DNA of 62,277 nt, filler included, from Diploschistes diacapsis (GCA_023645945.1; 7 parts of 7 records of this genome joined end to end with filler, not necessarily neighbours in it), one strand, 5' to 3'. Positions 1 to 13,299 are shown, numbered from the whole stretch's first letter. A program made the numbers and translations. The notes: generated by a model not told the origin, from the letters alone.

Positions 1-728
1 CCACCCAGTTACAGCGCAACTTCTCTCTTTTGCGCAGCTTCATGGTTCTCTCAAATTCCAGTTGTAGCAAGATGCACGATTAGCGCATATACTATACTAG
101 TGTTTTCCAAACCGAAACCTTGAATACATAACTCAGTGACCGAAGCTAAAGTATCCCAAAACAAATCCATTCCCAGGGGTTTCAAGCCTTCCGAATTTAC
201 CAACCTTGAACACCACGCGCCACCAGACGCCTCCCCTTGGCTTCGGGAACATCTCCGACGTCTCCCCGATGCCCAAAGATTCAGCAAATATGTGTGCACC
301 AGGCATACAGGTTATGCAGTTGCAATCCTGTCGCTCCCTTGCACCGCGAGCTCGGTCTGCCCTTCTCCAGCACAGATGAAAACGATGAGAATTCGCCCGT
401 ACCGCCCACAACCTCAAGCACCGCCAGCCTTGTTCTGTTCATATTCGGTCCAAGCACTGTGTCTGCCCCTCTCTCCAGGGGCCAGTATGTCGGCTCCTGT
501 TCAACCTCGTAAGGCAGGGCAGTAGAACATTGTGCATCGGTCTCCCCCCATACTGTTGAGATTCGGTTCTTTTGAAACCAATGTCAACGCACATTCCGGT
601 AGCGTCGTGGTTGATGGAATGAGCCCATTCTCATCTTCTCCATGGTCCGTCGACTCATGGGGATAGAGAAAGCGGCGGTAATGGAGCAAGTAGGCGCCGT
701 GTATTTCGACTGGCGGGTGCTAAAGGCG

Positions 729-1639
729 TCACCAAACTGCTGACAGTAGGGCATCCATGGAGTATGTGTATACCTTCACCATTCGTCAGTCTTTCTCGTT
801 CTTTTCTTCGTTCCTGCTTCCGAGCTCTAAAACAGGCGCATGTTCTCTGCTCCGCTCGCTCTCATACCGTTTGGTTGCTCTCCGCATCCAAGTTGTAGCC
901 CCAAGGAGCACCTCCCACTTCGGTCCGCGGTAGTAAATGGTCTGGAACAAACGTCTCGGTAAAAGACGGCACCGGCATGAGTCTGGGACACGTGCTGGCG
1001 GATTGGAACGGAGAGGCGGAGTTCATGTCATCTCTCATTTTCGCTCCCTTCACCGGCGAACCATCGTCTCCGTCGTGGACACCAATCTTTGCTTCGCGGA
1101 GTAACCGCTCAAAGGCCTCCATGGTCACTTGTAGATTGCGTCCAAATTGCGGCTTGTAGTTTGTAATGCCCGTGGCGATGGTGGTGTCCGCGTAATCTGT
1201 GAAAGCGCGGTTCATCTTCCCAACGACCTGCTCGAGCTCTGCGACTCGGGTTTCAAGCGAGTTGATGGCCGCCTCCTTGCGCTCGCGGTACGCTCTTTGT
1301 GCTAGTCTTATCTGGGTCCGTCGACGCTGCAAAGCATCAGTCAATAAACTGTCCCAATCAATAATCGAGGCAACCCCCGCTCACCTCGGCGGCACTCTGC
1401 TCTCCCCCCTCGACCCGCGGTCTGCCACGAGTTGCGCCGGCCACCTTCTTGGATTGCTTCTCCGTCACGGAGGAATTAGAATCAGCGACGCTCTGGTATG
1501 CCGCAGGTTGAGCCTCGTCTTCCAGGCTTGGGGAGGGTGAGTTTGAGTACATGTAGGCCCCGGCGTGAGGTACCAGCAGTCCAAAGGTAGCATCCGTATC
1601 TGCGAATCTCGTTCCCTGCATCATCGTGTTCGAATTCAT
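729..1639 (-). CDS. bZIP transcription factor (fungal), spliced; 3' end uncertain
   Basis: Exon 1 1639-1385 (ATG...RGRPRVEGGEQSAAE); intron 1384-1327 (GTGAG...GCAG); exon 2 gives the basic region and zipper RRRTQIRLAQRAYRERKEAAINSLETRVAELEQVV. A likely second intron 867-774 (GTATGA...ACTGAC...GAAG) adds VYTYSMDALLSAVW*; without it the ORF stops at 862. Confidence 0.8.
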
Positions 1640-2031
1640 GGCTCCTCGTGAAGATTACGCAGAACTTGGAATGGAGGGGGTGCTAAAGCCAATGTATAAG
1701 GAGGAGAACATCGGCGCAGCCGAAAGGCAGTGTCCAGTCATCGTCATTCCGGACCAATGCACGGTGCCCCGGATGCTCAACGGTCGTAAATAAATACGCT
1801 TTTTATCTGCCAGGAACGCTATCAACCAACGGTTGCGAAACAAGAAACGTGGAAAAGAGCCTCAAGGCCGGGTGAGACAAGGCCAATTTAAAGGCCTGAT
1901 CAGTAATCCCCTCTATCCTTCTACTCTGTACTGATGCTGTGTACCTATGGCCTATGAGGCTATGATCCCTATTCCCTTGTATGCGGGGTCCGTCCGGTAT
2001 CGCACAGATCCCCGATCCCCGACCGCCCCGG

Positions 2032-2032
<1 letters not shown>

Positions 2033-2074
<42 letters not shown>
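2033..2074. repeat. (CAG)14 microsatellite upstream of the bZIP gene
   Basis: Perfect CAG run read directly. Confidence 0.95.
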
Positions 2075-2075
<1 letters not shown>

Positions 2076-3231
2076 GCCCAAACCTACCTACCAAAAGTAC
2101 CCAACGAGGCTTTTGTTCGGTGCACGGTATGTGCCAGAATAATAGATCCTGCGGACTTCAAGACGGCGCTTGGTGGCTTAGTCACGGTCGGCACTGCGGT
2201 CATTCCGTGACCGAAGAACACTGTTTATATTATCCCCCGAGCCAAAGCAAAGAAAAGCTAAGAAAGCTAGGCCAGATCTAGATCATGGTCGATTCCCAAA
2301 GTACAGAGTAAGAGCTCTGTATGTTTTCTGTACCGTCATGTCCCAAAAACTGAACTCTGGCACGTGCCAAGCCACTATGTGGATTTTTAGATCATCGCTG
2401 CTGGGCCAGGGCCTGTGGTCGAATGGTAAAAAGGTCCACTGGCAGCAGACCTTCTAATCTCCTTTTCAAGAGGTCGCTTTTTCTTTAGTCGAGCCTTGAC
2501 AGTCCCTGTGTTTTTCCCGTACCGACAAGACAAGACGTTCTTCCGTGCGAAAACTTGGCAGCCTCTCAAGTAGTCGGTCGACAAAGGTCCTGACTCGAAG
2601 ACTTGGTAAATCTTCTCGACATTAGGTGTAGTATGTATGTACAGCGTATACTTCTATAATTCTGTATATTGGAGGTTAACGTTGCTGAGTTGTGGAGCTA
2701 ACTGTATCTAGCTAGTCCAATTCATTAGTTCAATCAATCGTAATCGTCCCCTAAAAGCTTAGCCCCGTCTCGGGTTCTGTTTCAAGTTCGCTGTCCATAT
2801 ATGTCTCGAATCCACACATTGTTTGGGCAACACTGCGGCAGATCAGGGTACTGTTATATCAGTCAGTCAGTCACCCTACCAACATCAACGTTTTGCATTC
2901 CTCTACCTGAGTCAGTTTCCTCACCCCGCGAACCACGGTCCCAATATTGGTTAGGACGGGCCAACAGAGTTTTCGGGCCACAACTAATAATATATAGAAA
3001 CATGCATCAGGCTGCTGAGCCAACCTGGGAGAGGTCGCTGAGGCTTGGGCCACGAGGCCTGACCGTCTATGTAGCGTGGCACAGCTGGCTGGCGATCGGA
3101 GCCCACGGAAATCCCTTTTTCATCAACAACGCCTTGCTTTCATGGCCGACCTAGCATTGATTCGTAAGCCAGGGCGACGATGAAGCAGCAAAAAGGGCTT
3201 GCGCCTGGTCGATGCATAAGAAAATCCACGG

Positions 3232-4787
3232 TTAGCTTGCAACATCCAGGTCCCTATCTACCGGTTTCGCACTCTCATCGGCCTGTTTGTCCGCTCCCTC
3301 TCCTATGTGCGTTTCTGCTTCGAGATCGAGCGCGATCCAGCCCCTGACTTTCCCCTCCCTACTCAAGATGTCCTTGTCCGAGAACCCTTTCGTGTCAGGC
3401 TTCTCGTCTACATTTTCCTTCGTGCCCTTCCTGGCGCCTGTAATTTCCATGTCCACGTCCGTTGTCCTCGCAACTTCGCTACCAGCTCTCCGCATCACCT
3501 CCGTTATGGCACGAGTATTCAATCGCAAGATTCGCTCAGGATCCTGAGTCTTTAACAACAGACGCGTCACCCACGGAAAGAGAACACCAAAATCCGACTG
3601 CGAGAGATGCGCAGACTGCTCGGCGTAAAAGAGATGCGCAGGCGGGACACCCTTGATCCCTCTGACTGCGGGAGACACGGCCTCTTTCGTTGCAACTAGG
3701 TTCTGCTTCCATTTGAAGAATGCTTCGGAGATAATGACGAGAATCCTATCACCTGAGGGTTCAGCACCGCGATACGATGGCAACGGCTGCTTCGAAAACC
3801 AAAATGTGCTGGGATCGCGGAGAGGAAAAGACCACAGGTCTAATAGGATGACTGGGCTAGCGGGCAGAACTTGTCTGACGATCGACGAGGTGCGGCTGGG
3901 ACTGAAAAGGGCGGTGGAACCCTGTGGTGCTGGAGATGGGACGTTGTAGTAGACAGATTTGAGGAACTGAACGACTGTGGCCGCGCCAAAAGAGTGGCCC
4001 GCCCATGTTACCGCACCGGGTCGGGAGGCATCGATCTTGGCTTTGAACGAGCTGACGATTGTGCTGACCTCTCCGCTATCGTCAAGAGGGGACACGGATT
4101 GGCCAGACTCGAGACTGGTGAGCAGACTGTACAGGGCGCCAAGCTCCCAGAGGCGGATGCATAGCTGCTCGCGTCTTGCAGCATAAGTCTCAGGCGAGGG
4201 TTGATAGGACACGCGTCGAAAGGGAATGGTCGTCTGCTTGCCGTCCTTCCCTGTTGCGAACGAGATGGGTCCACTTCCGTCGCGATGCTCTGGTGCTGCT
4301 ACAATCACACCGTGACTGGCCATGGATCCGCATATCTGGCTGTAAGTGTTTCTCGAGCCGCCCAGGCCGTGTGAGAAGACAAGGACGGGCCATCTGGCGC
4401 TCTTGGCTTGGGGAACCGCAAGTGGTGCATTGTTGTATGCTGGCAAAGTAGTTGAGCGAATGAAGTAGCTTGAGTATCTGCAAATGATTAGGAAATCTAA
4501 CAAAGATCTGGAGTTATCACTCACGCTATGGCCTTGGCGAGCTTGTTGGATGCACCTAGAAAGGCACCGAAAGCATGCAGATACTCCCACTGAGGATCTG
4601 GAACCCAATATACCGGCTTGGGACGCTTTTCTGGATATCTACAAGGGTAGAATAACCTGGTTTTTATGGTCCGAATAGCGAAACCTTCGGGGGCTGGCGC
4701 AGGCAAATCGAGTTGATCCACCGGGACTTCGAGATCGATAGTCCCTACTTGATATTGGCCCGAATAGGCAGGCAACGACGGGAACAT
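3232..4787 (-). CDS. Platelet-activating-factor acetylhydrolase family (PAF-AH type II-like) alpha/beta hydrolase
   Basis: Exon 1 MFPSLPAYSGQYQVGTIDLEVP...; intron 4524-4478 (GTGAGT...CCTAAT...GCAG); motifs WPVLVFSHGLGG, APEHRDGS, nucleophile GHSFGAAT, LLDLW, AHLSQSDF. The start could be further upstream (in-frame ATG at 4907). Confidence 0.88.
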
Positions 4788-5360
4788 TGGGAAACCAGCT
4801 AGTGTTCTATGATCTCTCGAACCCAGTTCTTGAGAAGGAAAGTGATTGTGAAAGATCTCAGCTGAGAAAAATAGGCTTCGCCTCTTGCTCGCGTGTCTTC
4901 TCATCATTTAAGAAGTAGGCGATTCCCATGCCAAGGGTTGCTTTGGCTACGTCAACCATCAGTCAGGACTCAGGAACAATGATCCGTCGTCATAGATGAC
5001 CACGCATGGCTTAACCACAACTTTATGGAACAACAGCTCAGAGGGCTTGCTGCAGCGAGGCATGTTTAATAAGATGGCTAGTTACAGAGTTCTAGGGAGG
5101 AACCCGCATCAAGAAGCATCCCTGATTAGGTTATTTCAAAGAATGACATTAAAGGGAATCCAATATCCAATCCTTGGCGACATGTTTTGAATGATGAAGA
5201 CGATTGCTGGCAGAAGGTTCGACTCCCACTGCTGCCACCAACACTCGATACTCGGCATTCAACGGACAAGATATTCGGTCGAAAACTACGGACAAAGTTT
5301 TCTACGATTGCAACAATGCTTATGTCAGAAAATGCTGGGGTGTGGTGTGGCTTGGCTTAT

Positions 5361-5396
5361 GTGGCTTGACTAGTGTGGCTTGACTAGTGTGGCTTG
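5361..5396. repeat. 14-bp tandem repeat (GTGGCTTGACTAGT, about 2.6 copies)
   Basis: Read directly. Confidence 0.8.
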
Positions 5397-5606
5397 TGTG
5401 GAAATTATCAATACCTGTCGAAAAAGAAAAAAAGGGAATCCTTCCACTAACTTACAGAGCTTCTAAACTAGCAAGTGGCAAGTATCACTCAGAAAAGATA
5501 CGTGCCATCAGTTCTCCTCCGCCAAAGCAACCCGCTCATCGTCTCCCTTCTCGGCCCACCACCTCCCCTCTTCCCCGGGGGAATAAGAAAACACTTCAAG
5601 ACCCCC

Positions 5607-5706
5607 NNNNNNNNNNNNNNNNNNNNNNNNNNNNNNNNNNNNNNNNNNNNTTAATTAATTAANNNNNNNNNNNNNNNNNNNNNNNNNNNNNNNNNNNNNN
5701 NNNNNN
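5607..5706. other. Artificial contig linker (N44-TTAATTAATTAA-N44)
   Basis: 100-bp N spacer with an all-frame stop 12-mer. Confidence 0.99.
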
Positions 5707-5733
5707 ATCTCTCCCTCCTTTTTCCCTTCCCCG

Positions 5734-7105
5734 TCAAACCTTCAACAACTTAGCCGCATACCCCTTGATCAGCCCCTCCGTCGGGAAACTCATCTCCTCC
5801 AACTTCTGCGCATACGGCGTCGGCACCTCCGCGCCTGTGACCCTGACGGCTGGTGCATCCAGATAATCAAAGGCGTACTCCATCGTCAGCGCCAGGATCT
5901 CAGCGCCCACGCCGAAGGCCGGGAAGCCGCTCTCGACGGCCATCAGGTGGCCCGTCTTCTTGACGGACTTGACGATGGCCTCGACGTCGAGGGGCTTGAC
6001 GGTGCGCAGGTTGAGCACCTCGGCCTCAACGCCGTAGTCTTTTCTGAGTTGCTCGGCCGCGGCGAGCGACTGGCCGACGCAGCGGGATAGGGTGACGATG
6101 GTGAGGTCCGAGCCCGGGCGCTCGATCTTGGCTTTGCCGAAGGGGAGGACGAAGTCTGAGGATTGGGCTTCGGGGGACATGGGGAATGATTGGCCGTAGA
6201 GGAGTCTACGGGGAGAATTTGCAGTTAGCTGGCGAATTCTCCCATATTGTTTTGGGTAGAATGGACTTCTTACTCGTTCTCAAGGACGACAGTGGGGTTT
6301 GGATCCCGGATGGCGGCTTTCATGAGGCCCTTTGCGTCTTCGGCGCTCCAGGGACAAGCAACCTTGAGCCCAGGAATGCTCCCGTACCAACTCGAGTAGT
6401 CTTGCGAGTGTTGCGCTGCGACACCGGCGGCGAAGCCATTGGGGCCACGGAACGTAATGTTGCAGGGTTGGGTACCCCCTGACATGTAGTGTGTCTTGGC
6501 TGCCGAGTTGATGACATGGTCGATGGCTTGCATGGCAAAGTTGAAGGTCATGAACTCGCACTGGGTCCAGTTAGCTCGTTATCTGATTTGCGGTATAACT
6601 TGAACGTACGACTGGATGCAGGCCAGCTAATGCAGCGCCGACCGTCAGGCCCGCGAAGCCAGATTCTGTGATTGGGCTGTCGATTACTCGTTTCTCGCCG
6701 AAGCGATCTAGCAAGCCTTTTGTGACCTTGTACCTGTTTCATGGGTTAAGCACGGCCCGTTTTAAACGGTGAAGTGAAGTCGGAGGCCCTCGAATGACCA
6801 TGCAGCTGGAATACGTTGCGCCTAGGGGAAGTATCTCGAGAAAGTAAGTCCACTCACGCGCCATTGTACTGTGCAACTTCCTCTCCGAGAATGAACACCT
6901 TATCATTTGCTTCCAGCTCTTCCGCCAGCGCCTCGTTCAACGCATCCCTAACTGTGTACTCTTTTGATCCGCTCGGCGTGGCATAGCTTCTCCTTGACGA
7001 CTGTACGGACGACAGGGCCGTTGGTCGAAGCGGAATTCTTGAGGCTCCGAGAGGTTTTGTTGAGATGAAGCGTGAAGCGGGCCGGAGTAAGCGTGATGTG
7101 GCCAT
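5734..7105 (-). CDS. PDB1: Pyruvate dehydrogenase E1 beta subunit, mitochondrial (4 exons)
   Basis: Presequence [50 protein letters not shown] (intron 6857-6734), [50 protein letters not shown]. Confidence 0.97.
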
Positions 7106-7671
7106 GGCGTGGAGATGGGATGGGGAAGGAATTGAATCAAGCGTCAACAGATAAACGACACTCTGGTCCTCGCTATCGACAAGCCTCACAACGACAAAGG
7201 CTTGCTGCTGGATTCTCCTTCCGAATGGGTACCCGTTGAGACAAGCAACGGACAGCTCGGACAGCTAAATTTCCTACGGAAAGGATACGATGATCTCGGG
7301 TAAAACCGGGATGAACTTAATTCCGAGCCATCTCCAGGTACTTTAAATTGACTTGATGAGGCAAGAGTTACTAGTTTACTTGCAAAGAAGATGGATAAGG
7401 TTTTTTTGCACAGTCGATGAACGCTTCTCTTTTCTACGTAAAAGATTGAGTCTCATGTACAGCGATGAAAGCTCTTAGCTTACGAATATCCCTCGATCTT
7501 TCGTCATGATCGCCAGCCGTCCGATTCTGCCATATAACCTCCATTAATATGCCCATCCCATAAAAGATCATAAGCTATACAGTACCCATGATGCAAGTTG
7601 ATGCTAGATCTGCCTCCAACGCCACAAATGCTACTTATGCCGCTAAGTTGGAAAAGAGAGTTTCCTTGGGT

Positions 7672-9375
7672 TTAACTCCGGGAGGCTTGTGCCTCTCCTC
7701 CGGTTGTGCGGTTGACGTCTTCAGTGGTGAGCGTGGGTTGATGTTCCGAAAACTGTTCAGGCTGCGGCACCGCATTCGACTCTGAAGGATCAGTTGCAGA
7801 ATTGGTCTCACGGCGGAAGAGTCGAGTCAGTCGCGTGCCGCGGATACGGGGAGGTCGTGTAGGCTCGGAATCGTTTCCGTCAATACCACCCCGGCCTGCA
7901 TCACGAACCTCGCGCAACGCTTGGATGCGCTGCTCTGGAGTTGCATTGCGCATGCGACGGGGATGGAGTAATTTAGCAAGCCGAAGCGGACGATAGACGG
8001 GTATCCCACCCGGTCCCATTTGAGGACCTGGAGCAAATCCTTCGGTTTCTGGAGACTGGCTGCCATTCTCAGGAGGGTTCAGATCGGAGCGGCTGGCTTG
8101 CATCAGCACATGCTACTAGGATTCATGCAAAAAAAGTCTTACCATAATGGACAGGTTCCGGAAACATTTAGCAGCCAGGGATCAATGCATTCGGGATGGA
8201 ATTTGTGGTTGCAAGGCAAAACACGGGTATCCTGGCCCCTGACAAAATCATCCGTACATACGGAACAAGTAAGCCCAACTTCGACAGCATCGTCTGCGGA
8301 ATGAGATTGTTGCTGCGCCGAGGTGGCTTCACTGCCCTCGGAGTTTTGACTTTCGTTGCTTCCCTCCAAGACGTGGGCGTTTCCAGCAGTATCTGCTGTC
8401 CTAGTATGTTGAGCGTCTGGAGATGCTTCGCCTGCTCTGTCATGCAATTCCGTTCCGTGTTCAGGATCTGTCGGCTTGCTAGGTTCCCTTTCCCCAAATT
8501 TGACAATGGGTATGGTGTCGAGCATTGCGCGAGCAATACCTCGTGCGCGACGCTGGTGCGCTCCACCTGGCAGGTTCAGAAGTCCATAGCGATCCGGGTG
8601 CCGATGTGCCCTTACTGCCCCTGTGACGATGACAACGATGAAGCATAGAGTGATGATACCAGTGACGCTGTAGAGGATGATCATGGCTACTGTTGTCGTC
8701 GGTGTCGGGCCTAGATCATCGCTAGCCTGGAAGGGACCGGTGTTGTTCGACGAGCTGGACGCGTTTTGGAGGATCTGACCGCGCAGAACACTTGTGTTTG
8801 GTGCCTTGAGAATATCTTCCAGATGACGGGCCGGTGCCTGCATCGGGAGAATGAACACATTTTTGTAGGTTAAAGAAGCTGGAGGCGTAAAGTTACACCA
8901 CGCGGAGAAGGTAGAGTATAGAACGATGGCTCCAGCATTATTTCCTCCCGATTGGCCGCCATTTATTTTTGGGTACGCAAGGTTGAATAACCCATCGGCT
9001 TGTAGATTCCCGGTGTAATTACTTGGTTCGCAACTCATATACACAATGTCGCCTGCTGTAAGATTTTGAACCGAAGAAGTGTTGCTGAGGCAGATGTTGC
9101 CGCTGATCATGGTGCCCTGCCGAAAAGTGAGTCCAACATCCATCTGAGCGGAATGCATCAATTACCTCGGAGGTATCCGAGTTTGAGGGCCACGGGTTTA
9201 GAGCATCATCAACCCCAAATGTCATCAAAGCACCTTCTTGCTTGAAAGACAGAAAAAGCCCCGTGTTGCTCCATTCGGAGGCATTGGCACTGACATTAGA
9301 CGGCCGGATGATCGACTGTGCGGCGACGGCGGAGACCCAAAGCAGACATGCTGCGATGAGGTCCTGGAATTGCAT
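7672..9375 (-). CDS. Type I membrane RING-H2 E3 ligase (signal peptide, luminal domain, TM, RING-H2; PA-TM-RING-like)
   Basis: Signal peptide MQFQDLIAACLLWVSAVAAQ; introns 9165-9117 and 8142-8093; TM VAMIILYSVTGIITLCFIVVIVTGAV; RING-H2 CSVCTDDF...LPCNHKFHPECIDPWLLNVSGTCPL|CR. Confidence 0.9.
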
Positions 9376-10252
9376 TGTCTCGCAGCTCCCAGAATGCTCA
9401 ATGCGACGCCGACCTTTTGATGGGTTTTTAACAGTGGGCGAGCGCTAACAACAGCCAGTCATCATGATATAGAATATCCTCCTTTTTCTCCGAGTCACAG
9501 ACTCTCGAAGGAAATGGAAAGAGAAAGAGTGAATTCAAGAGAGGGCAACAAGTAACGGAGATCTGAAGTAACTCTTTGCGTAAGATGATAAGGTTGGAAC
9601 AGCGAGCGAGCAGGGAGGGGGATGACAAAACAGAAGTGGATAGACGAGTGACAGTGACGAGCATGATCAACCTCGGGAATCGGGGGTTTCATGCAACAGA
9701 CAACAGAACAAGGAGGGTAAGCATTGAAGCGCCGTTTCGACATGCGCCCAAGGCCCGACTCCTGAGGCATTATATTATATTATATTATATTATATTCCCC
9801 CCCTGACCCCGTACAAGTACAGCGCAACATCTACATTCTACACACATTCAAGCCTTCGAGTCTTGATACGGGGGATAGTACTACCTTGACTGGATGATGA
9901 GGAGACCGGTGTGTGTGCATACGTACCACTACAGGTAGAATACATTTTTGGGGGGGTTTTCTGTCTTCAGCCGATCTATACCTAGAGCTGTTCATATAAA
10001 TAAATCTCATTTCAATTTTCATCAATGATCATCCGATGAAGAAAAGCTTTTCTTGCTTTGGAACATGCGGGATGTGGCTCAAGCCGTTGTGGCGCTCTGA
10101 GGTTTCAATATCCCTATTCTTGGCCATAACCAGCTCCCTGGGCGGGTAGCTGCATGAACGCCATCTATCAAAAAACAATTCAATCTCGTAATTGGGGCCT
10201 TTATGATAACACGGACATCTGGAGAGCCTCGTAGCTGCGTTACAAGGCCGAC

Positions 10253-11309
10253 ATGGCCACAGACAGCGCCCAGGAAGACGAAATGAAAATAGATCCCTCC
10301 CGCGCTGCCGACCTCGCAGCCAATCTCGCCCACACCCTCCAGAAAATCAAAGCCGCAAACCCCACCAGCCGTCCCGTATGAAGCATCCCTTGCCTTTCCC
10401 TTCCCTTGACCCCAACCTACCCCAACTAATTCATCTTTCCCACCCCACAGATCCGCCTTGTTGCCGTGTCCAAGCTCAAGCCCGCCTCCGACATCCTCTC
10501 CCTCGTCTCCCCTCCGCCCTCTTCCCGCCAACCATCCAACCCGAGATGCCAAAGCTCCCCTCATCCCCCCTCCAGCACAAGCTCCTCCTCCAGCTCCTTC
10601 CCGTTGCACCTCCACTTCGGCGAAAACTACACGCAGGAACTCACCCACAAAGCCGCCCTCCTCCCACGCAGCATAAAATGGCACTTCATCGGCGCCCTGC
10701 AGACAAACAAGTGCCGGCCGCTCGCCGAGTCGGTGCCGAACCTCTGGGCCGTGGAGAGCGTCGACAGCGCGAAGAAGGCGGATGCGCTGGAGCGCGGGCG
10801 GGCCCATCTGTCCGAGCGGCTTCGATGCGAGCAAGGGCAAGAAGATGGGAGGCAGGGGAAAGGGTCGTCCGAGGAAGGGGCAGGTGGCCAGGCCGAGGCG
10901 GGCGTGCAGGGAGACGCGGACCCGAAGACTGAAGAGGAGAACAGTGGCGCAGGTCGGGAAGGGCACGAAGGCGAAGGGCACTCGAAGCTCCGCGTCTCCG
11001 TCCAGATCAACACCTCATCCGAGCCCTCCAAATCCGGCGTCGCACCAGGAGACCCCGCCGTGTCCCTCGTCCAGCACATCGTATCCCGCTGCCCGCACCT
11101 GTACGTGCAAGGCGTGATGACGATCGGCGCTATCGCGCGCTCGGCGGCCGCGGGCCAGGGGGAGCGGAACGAGGATTTTGTCACGCTGAAGAGGGAGCGA
11201 GATGGTATTTGCCAGGCGATGGGTTGGGAGAAGGAGAGGCTGGAGCTGAGTATGGGGATGAGCGCGGATTTCGAGGAGGCGGTCAGGGAGGGGAGCGACG
11301 AGGTTAGGG
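10253..11309 (+). CDS. Pyridoxal-phosphate homeostasis protein (YggS/PROSC/PLPBP family), 3'-truncated by the gap
   Basis: Exon 1 10253-10375; intron 10376-10450 (GTATG...ACTAAT...CAG); RLVAVSKLKP (PLP lysine), HFGENYTQEL, WHFIGALQTNK, VQINTSSEPSKSG, LSMGMSADFEEAV...SDEVR. Confidence 0.93.
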
Positions 11310-11409
11310 NNNNNNNNNNNNNNNNNNNNNNNNNNNNNNNNNNNNNNNNNNNNTTAATTAATTAANNNNNNNNNNNNNNNNNNNNNNNNNNNNNNNNNNN
11401 NNNNNNNNN
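11310..11409. other. Artificial contig linker
   Basis: N44-TTAATTAATTAA-N44. Confidence 0.99.
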
Positions 11410-13129
11410 ACCACCGCCGGCCGCGCCCCTCCAGCACAAGCACGACCCCGCCCGCCAGCGCGGCCGCCAGCAGCAGCACGTGCGCGGCCCACCACCAGTG
11501 CTGCACGCCGGCGCCGCACGCATCCACGTCGAACACCCACCGCTGCTCCGCCGCGTCGAACCAGGCGGAGATCAGATGCGCGAAGCCGCCGTGCGAGCCC
11601 ATCATGCTGCGCAGCGTGAGCTCGCGGATGCCGGGAATCCGGCGGCCGTTTGCGGCGCGAACGGCGTCCTGCGCCGCGGCCCAGCGGCGGGCGGTCCAGG
11701 TCCGGGATCGGGATTCCCGGTTGTTGTTGTTGTTGTTGTTGTTTTTTTCCCCTTCGGCCTCTGGCTCGGTCGTGGCTTCTGCCGCTCCGCCTTCGCCTTC
11801 GCCTTCGCCTTCGCCTTCGGCGGGCTTGGGCAGATAGTGGAAAACATCGCATCCCGCGTGGTCGTGCCCGTTCACCACCAGCCCCGCCCGCCCCAGCCCG
11901 CGCCCCGGCGCGTCCGGGTCGCCGCTGAACCCGAACACGCCCTCCAGCAGCTGCTTGCTCACGTGCGCCGACAGGTGGTTCTGCTCCTTCACGCCCGCTC
12001 CCTTTGCGTCGGCGTGGAACGAGAAGTACGGCCCGTCCGCGCACACGCCCTCGTCTTTGTGCAAGGGGATGTGCGTGAGCAGGATGGTGCCGACCGAGGC
12101 GTTCTCGACCGGCTCGGAGCGCGCTATGACGTCGTTGATGAAGGCGTAGGTTTCGGCCTGCAGCTCCGGGTGCAGGGCCGGCGTGTCGAGGTTCATGGAG
12201 TTGAGGATGATGAGGCGCAGGAAGGCCGGCGTCGAGGGCCGGGGCTCGGCTTCAATTTTTTCTCTTTCCCTTTCCCCTTCGCCCTCTCCTTCTCCCGTGC
12301 CCGCATCGCTCGCTTTGCCGCCACCAGCATCGTTCGCCACGGACGATATCGGCCCCACCTGGAACACTATCTCCCAGTTCACGCGGCCGAACGCGTCTTC
12401 GAAGCGCCGCACGCGCTCCGGCGTCAGATCGCCCGCGTACCCGATGTCGTGGTTGCCGGCGATGTTTATCACCCGGCTGCTCCAGCTCCTGTCTTCGCCC
12501 AGCATCTCGATGGTCGGGTCGGCGGTGACGGAGGCGGGCACGGCCGACGAGCCGCGGAAGATGCGGCTCCAGTAGCGGTGCGCGCGCCGCTCGAATTCGT
12601 CCGAGGATATCCATTGGCTGCCGAGCAGATCGCCCAGCACGGCGACGTGGGTGGGGGATGTGCTGCGGTGGACGGTGCGGTAGATGTGCGCGAGATAGTG
12701 GTCGTTGCCGAGGAGGTCAAGGCGTTTGCGGTACGCTTGCAGGGCGGTATAGGGTGGGGAGAGGACGGTGGCGCAGACGGTGCGGAGGAGGAGGGATGCT
12801 TTTGCGAGGAGGGAGGGAGTGGAGGAGAGGTTGCTGAGGAGCTGGGACAGGGAGGGTGGCGGCTGGTGGGCTATGTCGTGGATGGAGGTGTCGCCTTCGA
12901 GCTGGGGATCGCCGAGGGCGAGGAGGCGGAAGGGGGCGAGGGGTTGGGGGGCTGCATGGCCGGTGAACGAGTTATAGAGCTTTCGAGAGAGGCTGGTGGG
13001 TGGAGAGCTTCTGTGGCGTGGCGGAGTAGGGAAGTGGCAGCTTTTGAGTGTCGGGTAGTTGTGTAGATAGAAGTTCGAAATGAACGAGAGAACGAGAAGT
13101 ACTAGGAATACATTACGCGAACGGGACAT
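11410..13129 (-). CDS. TED1: Ted1-like ER metallophosphoesterase (GPI remodelling; Cdc1/Ted1/PGAP5 family), 3'-truncated by the gap
   Basis: N-terminal TM; LALGDPQLEGD, RLDLLGNDHYLAHIY, VLGDLLGSQWI, NIAGNHDIGY, LLTHIPLHK, NGHDHAGC; C-terminal TM HWWWAAHVLLLAAAL. Confidence 0.85.
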
Positions 13130-13221
13130 GGAGCACAAGATGATGCTACCGGAACCAAATGAAATAAATTGACAACAGGTATCTTCAAAGATGCGAGTTT
13201 TCAGGGGCTGAAATGTCCCGG

Positions 13222-13299
13222 TGTCACGTCAGTCATGTCACGCCAGTCATGTCACGCCAGTCATGTCACGTCACATCATATCATATCATATCATATCAC
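13222..13299. repeat. 14-bp tandem repeat TGTCACG(T/C)CAGTCA (about 3.7 copies) followed by an (ATATC)n pentamer run, in the TED1/GH49 divergent intergenic region
   Basis: Units at 13222, 13236, 13250 and 13264. Confidence 0.9.

Noticed and set aside
5508..5606. Possible C-terminal fragment of a minus-strand gene running out of the gap (GGLEVFSY...ALAEEN*)
   Set aside because: Only 33 codons and no recognisable motif.
5651..5662. Recurrent TTAATTAATTAA palindrome (six copies) as a biological repeat or CRISPR-like array
   Set aside because: Always centred in 100-bp N spacers; an artificial all-frame-stop linker.
11480..13066. 528-aa plus-strand ORF and other long antisense ORFs (10079-10981, 15385-16194, 17426-18130)
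   Set aside because: Shadow ORFs of GC-rich coding sequence on the opposite strand, with no motifs.
10253..13129. PLP-homeostasis gene and TED1 as a convergent gene pair
   Set aside because: They are separated by an artificial linker between size-sorted contigs, so adjacency is unsupported.
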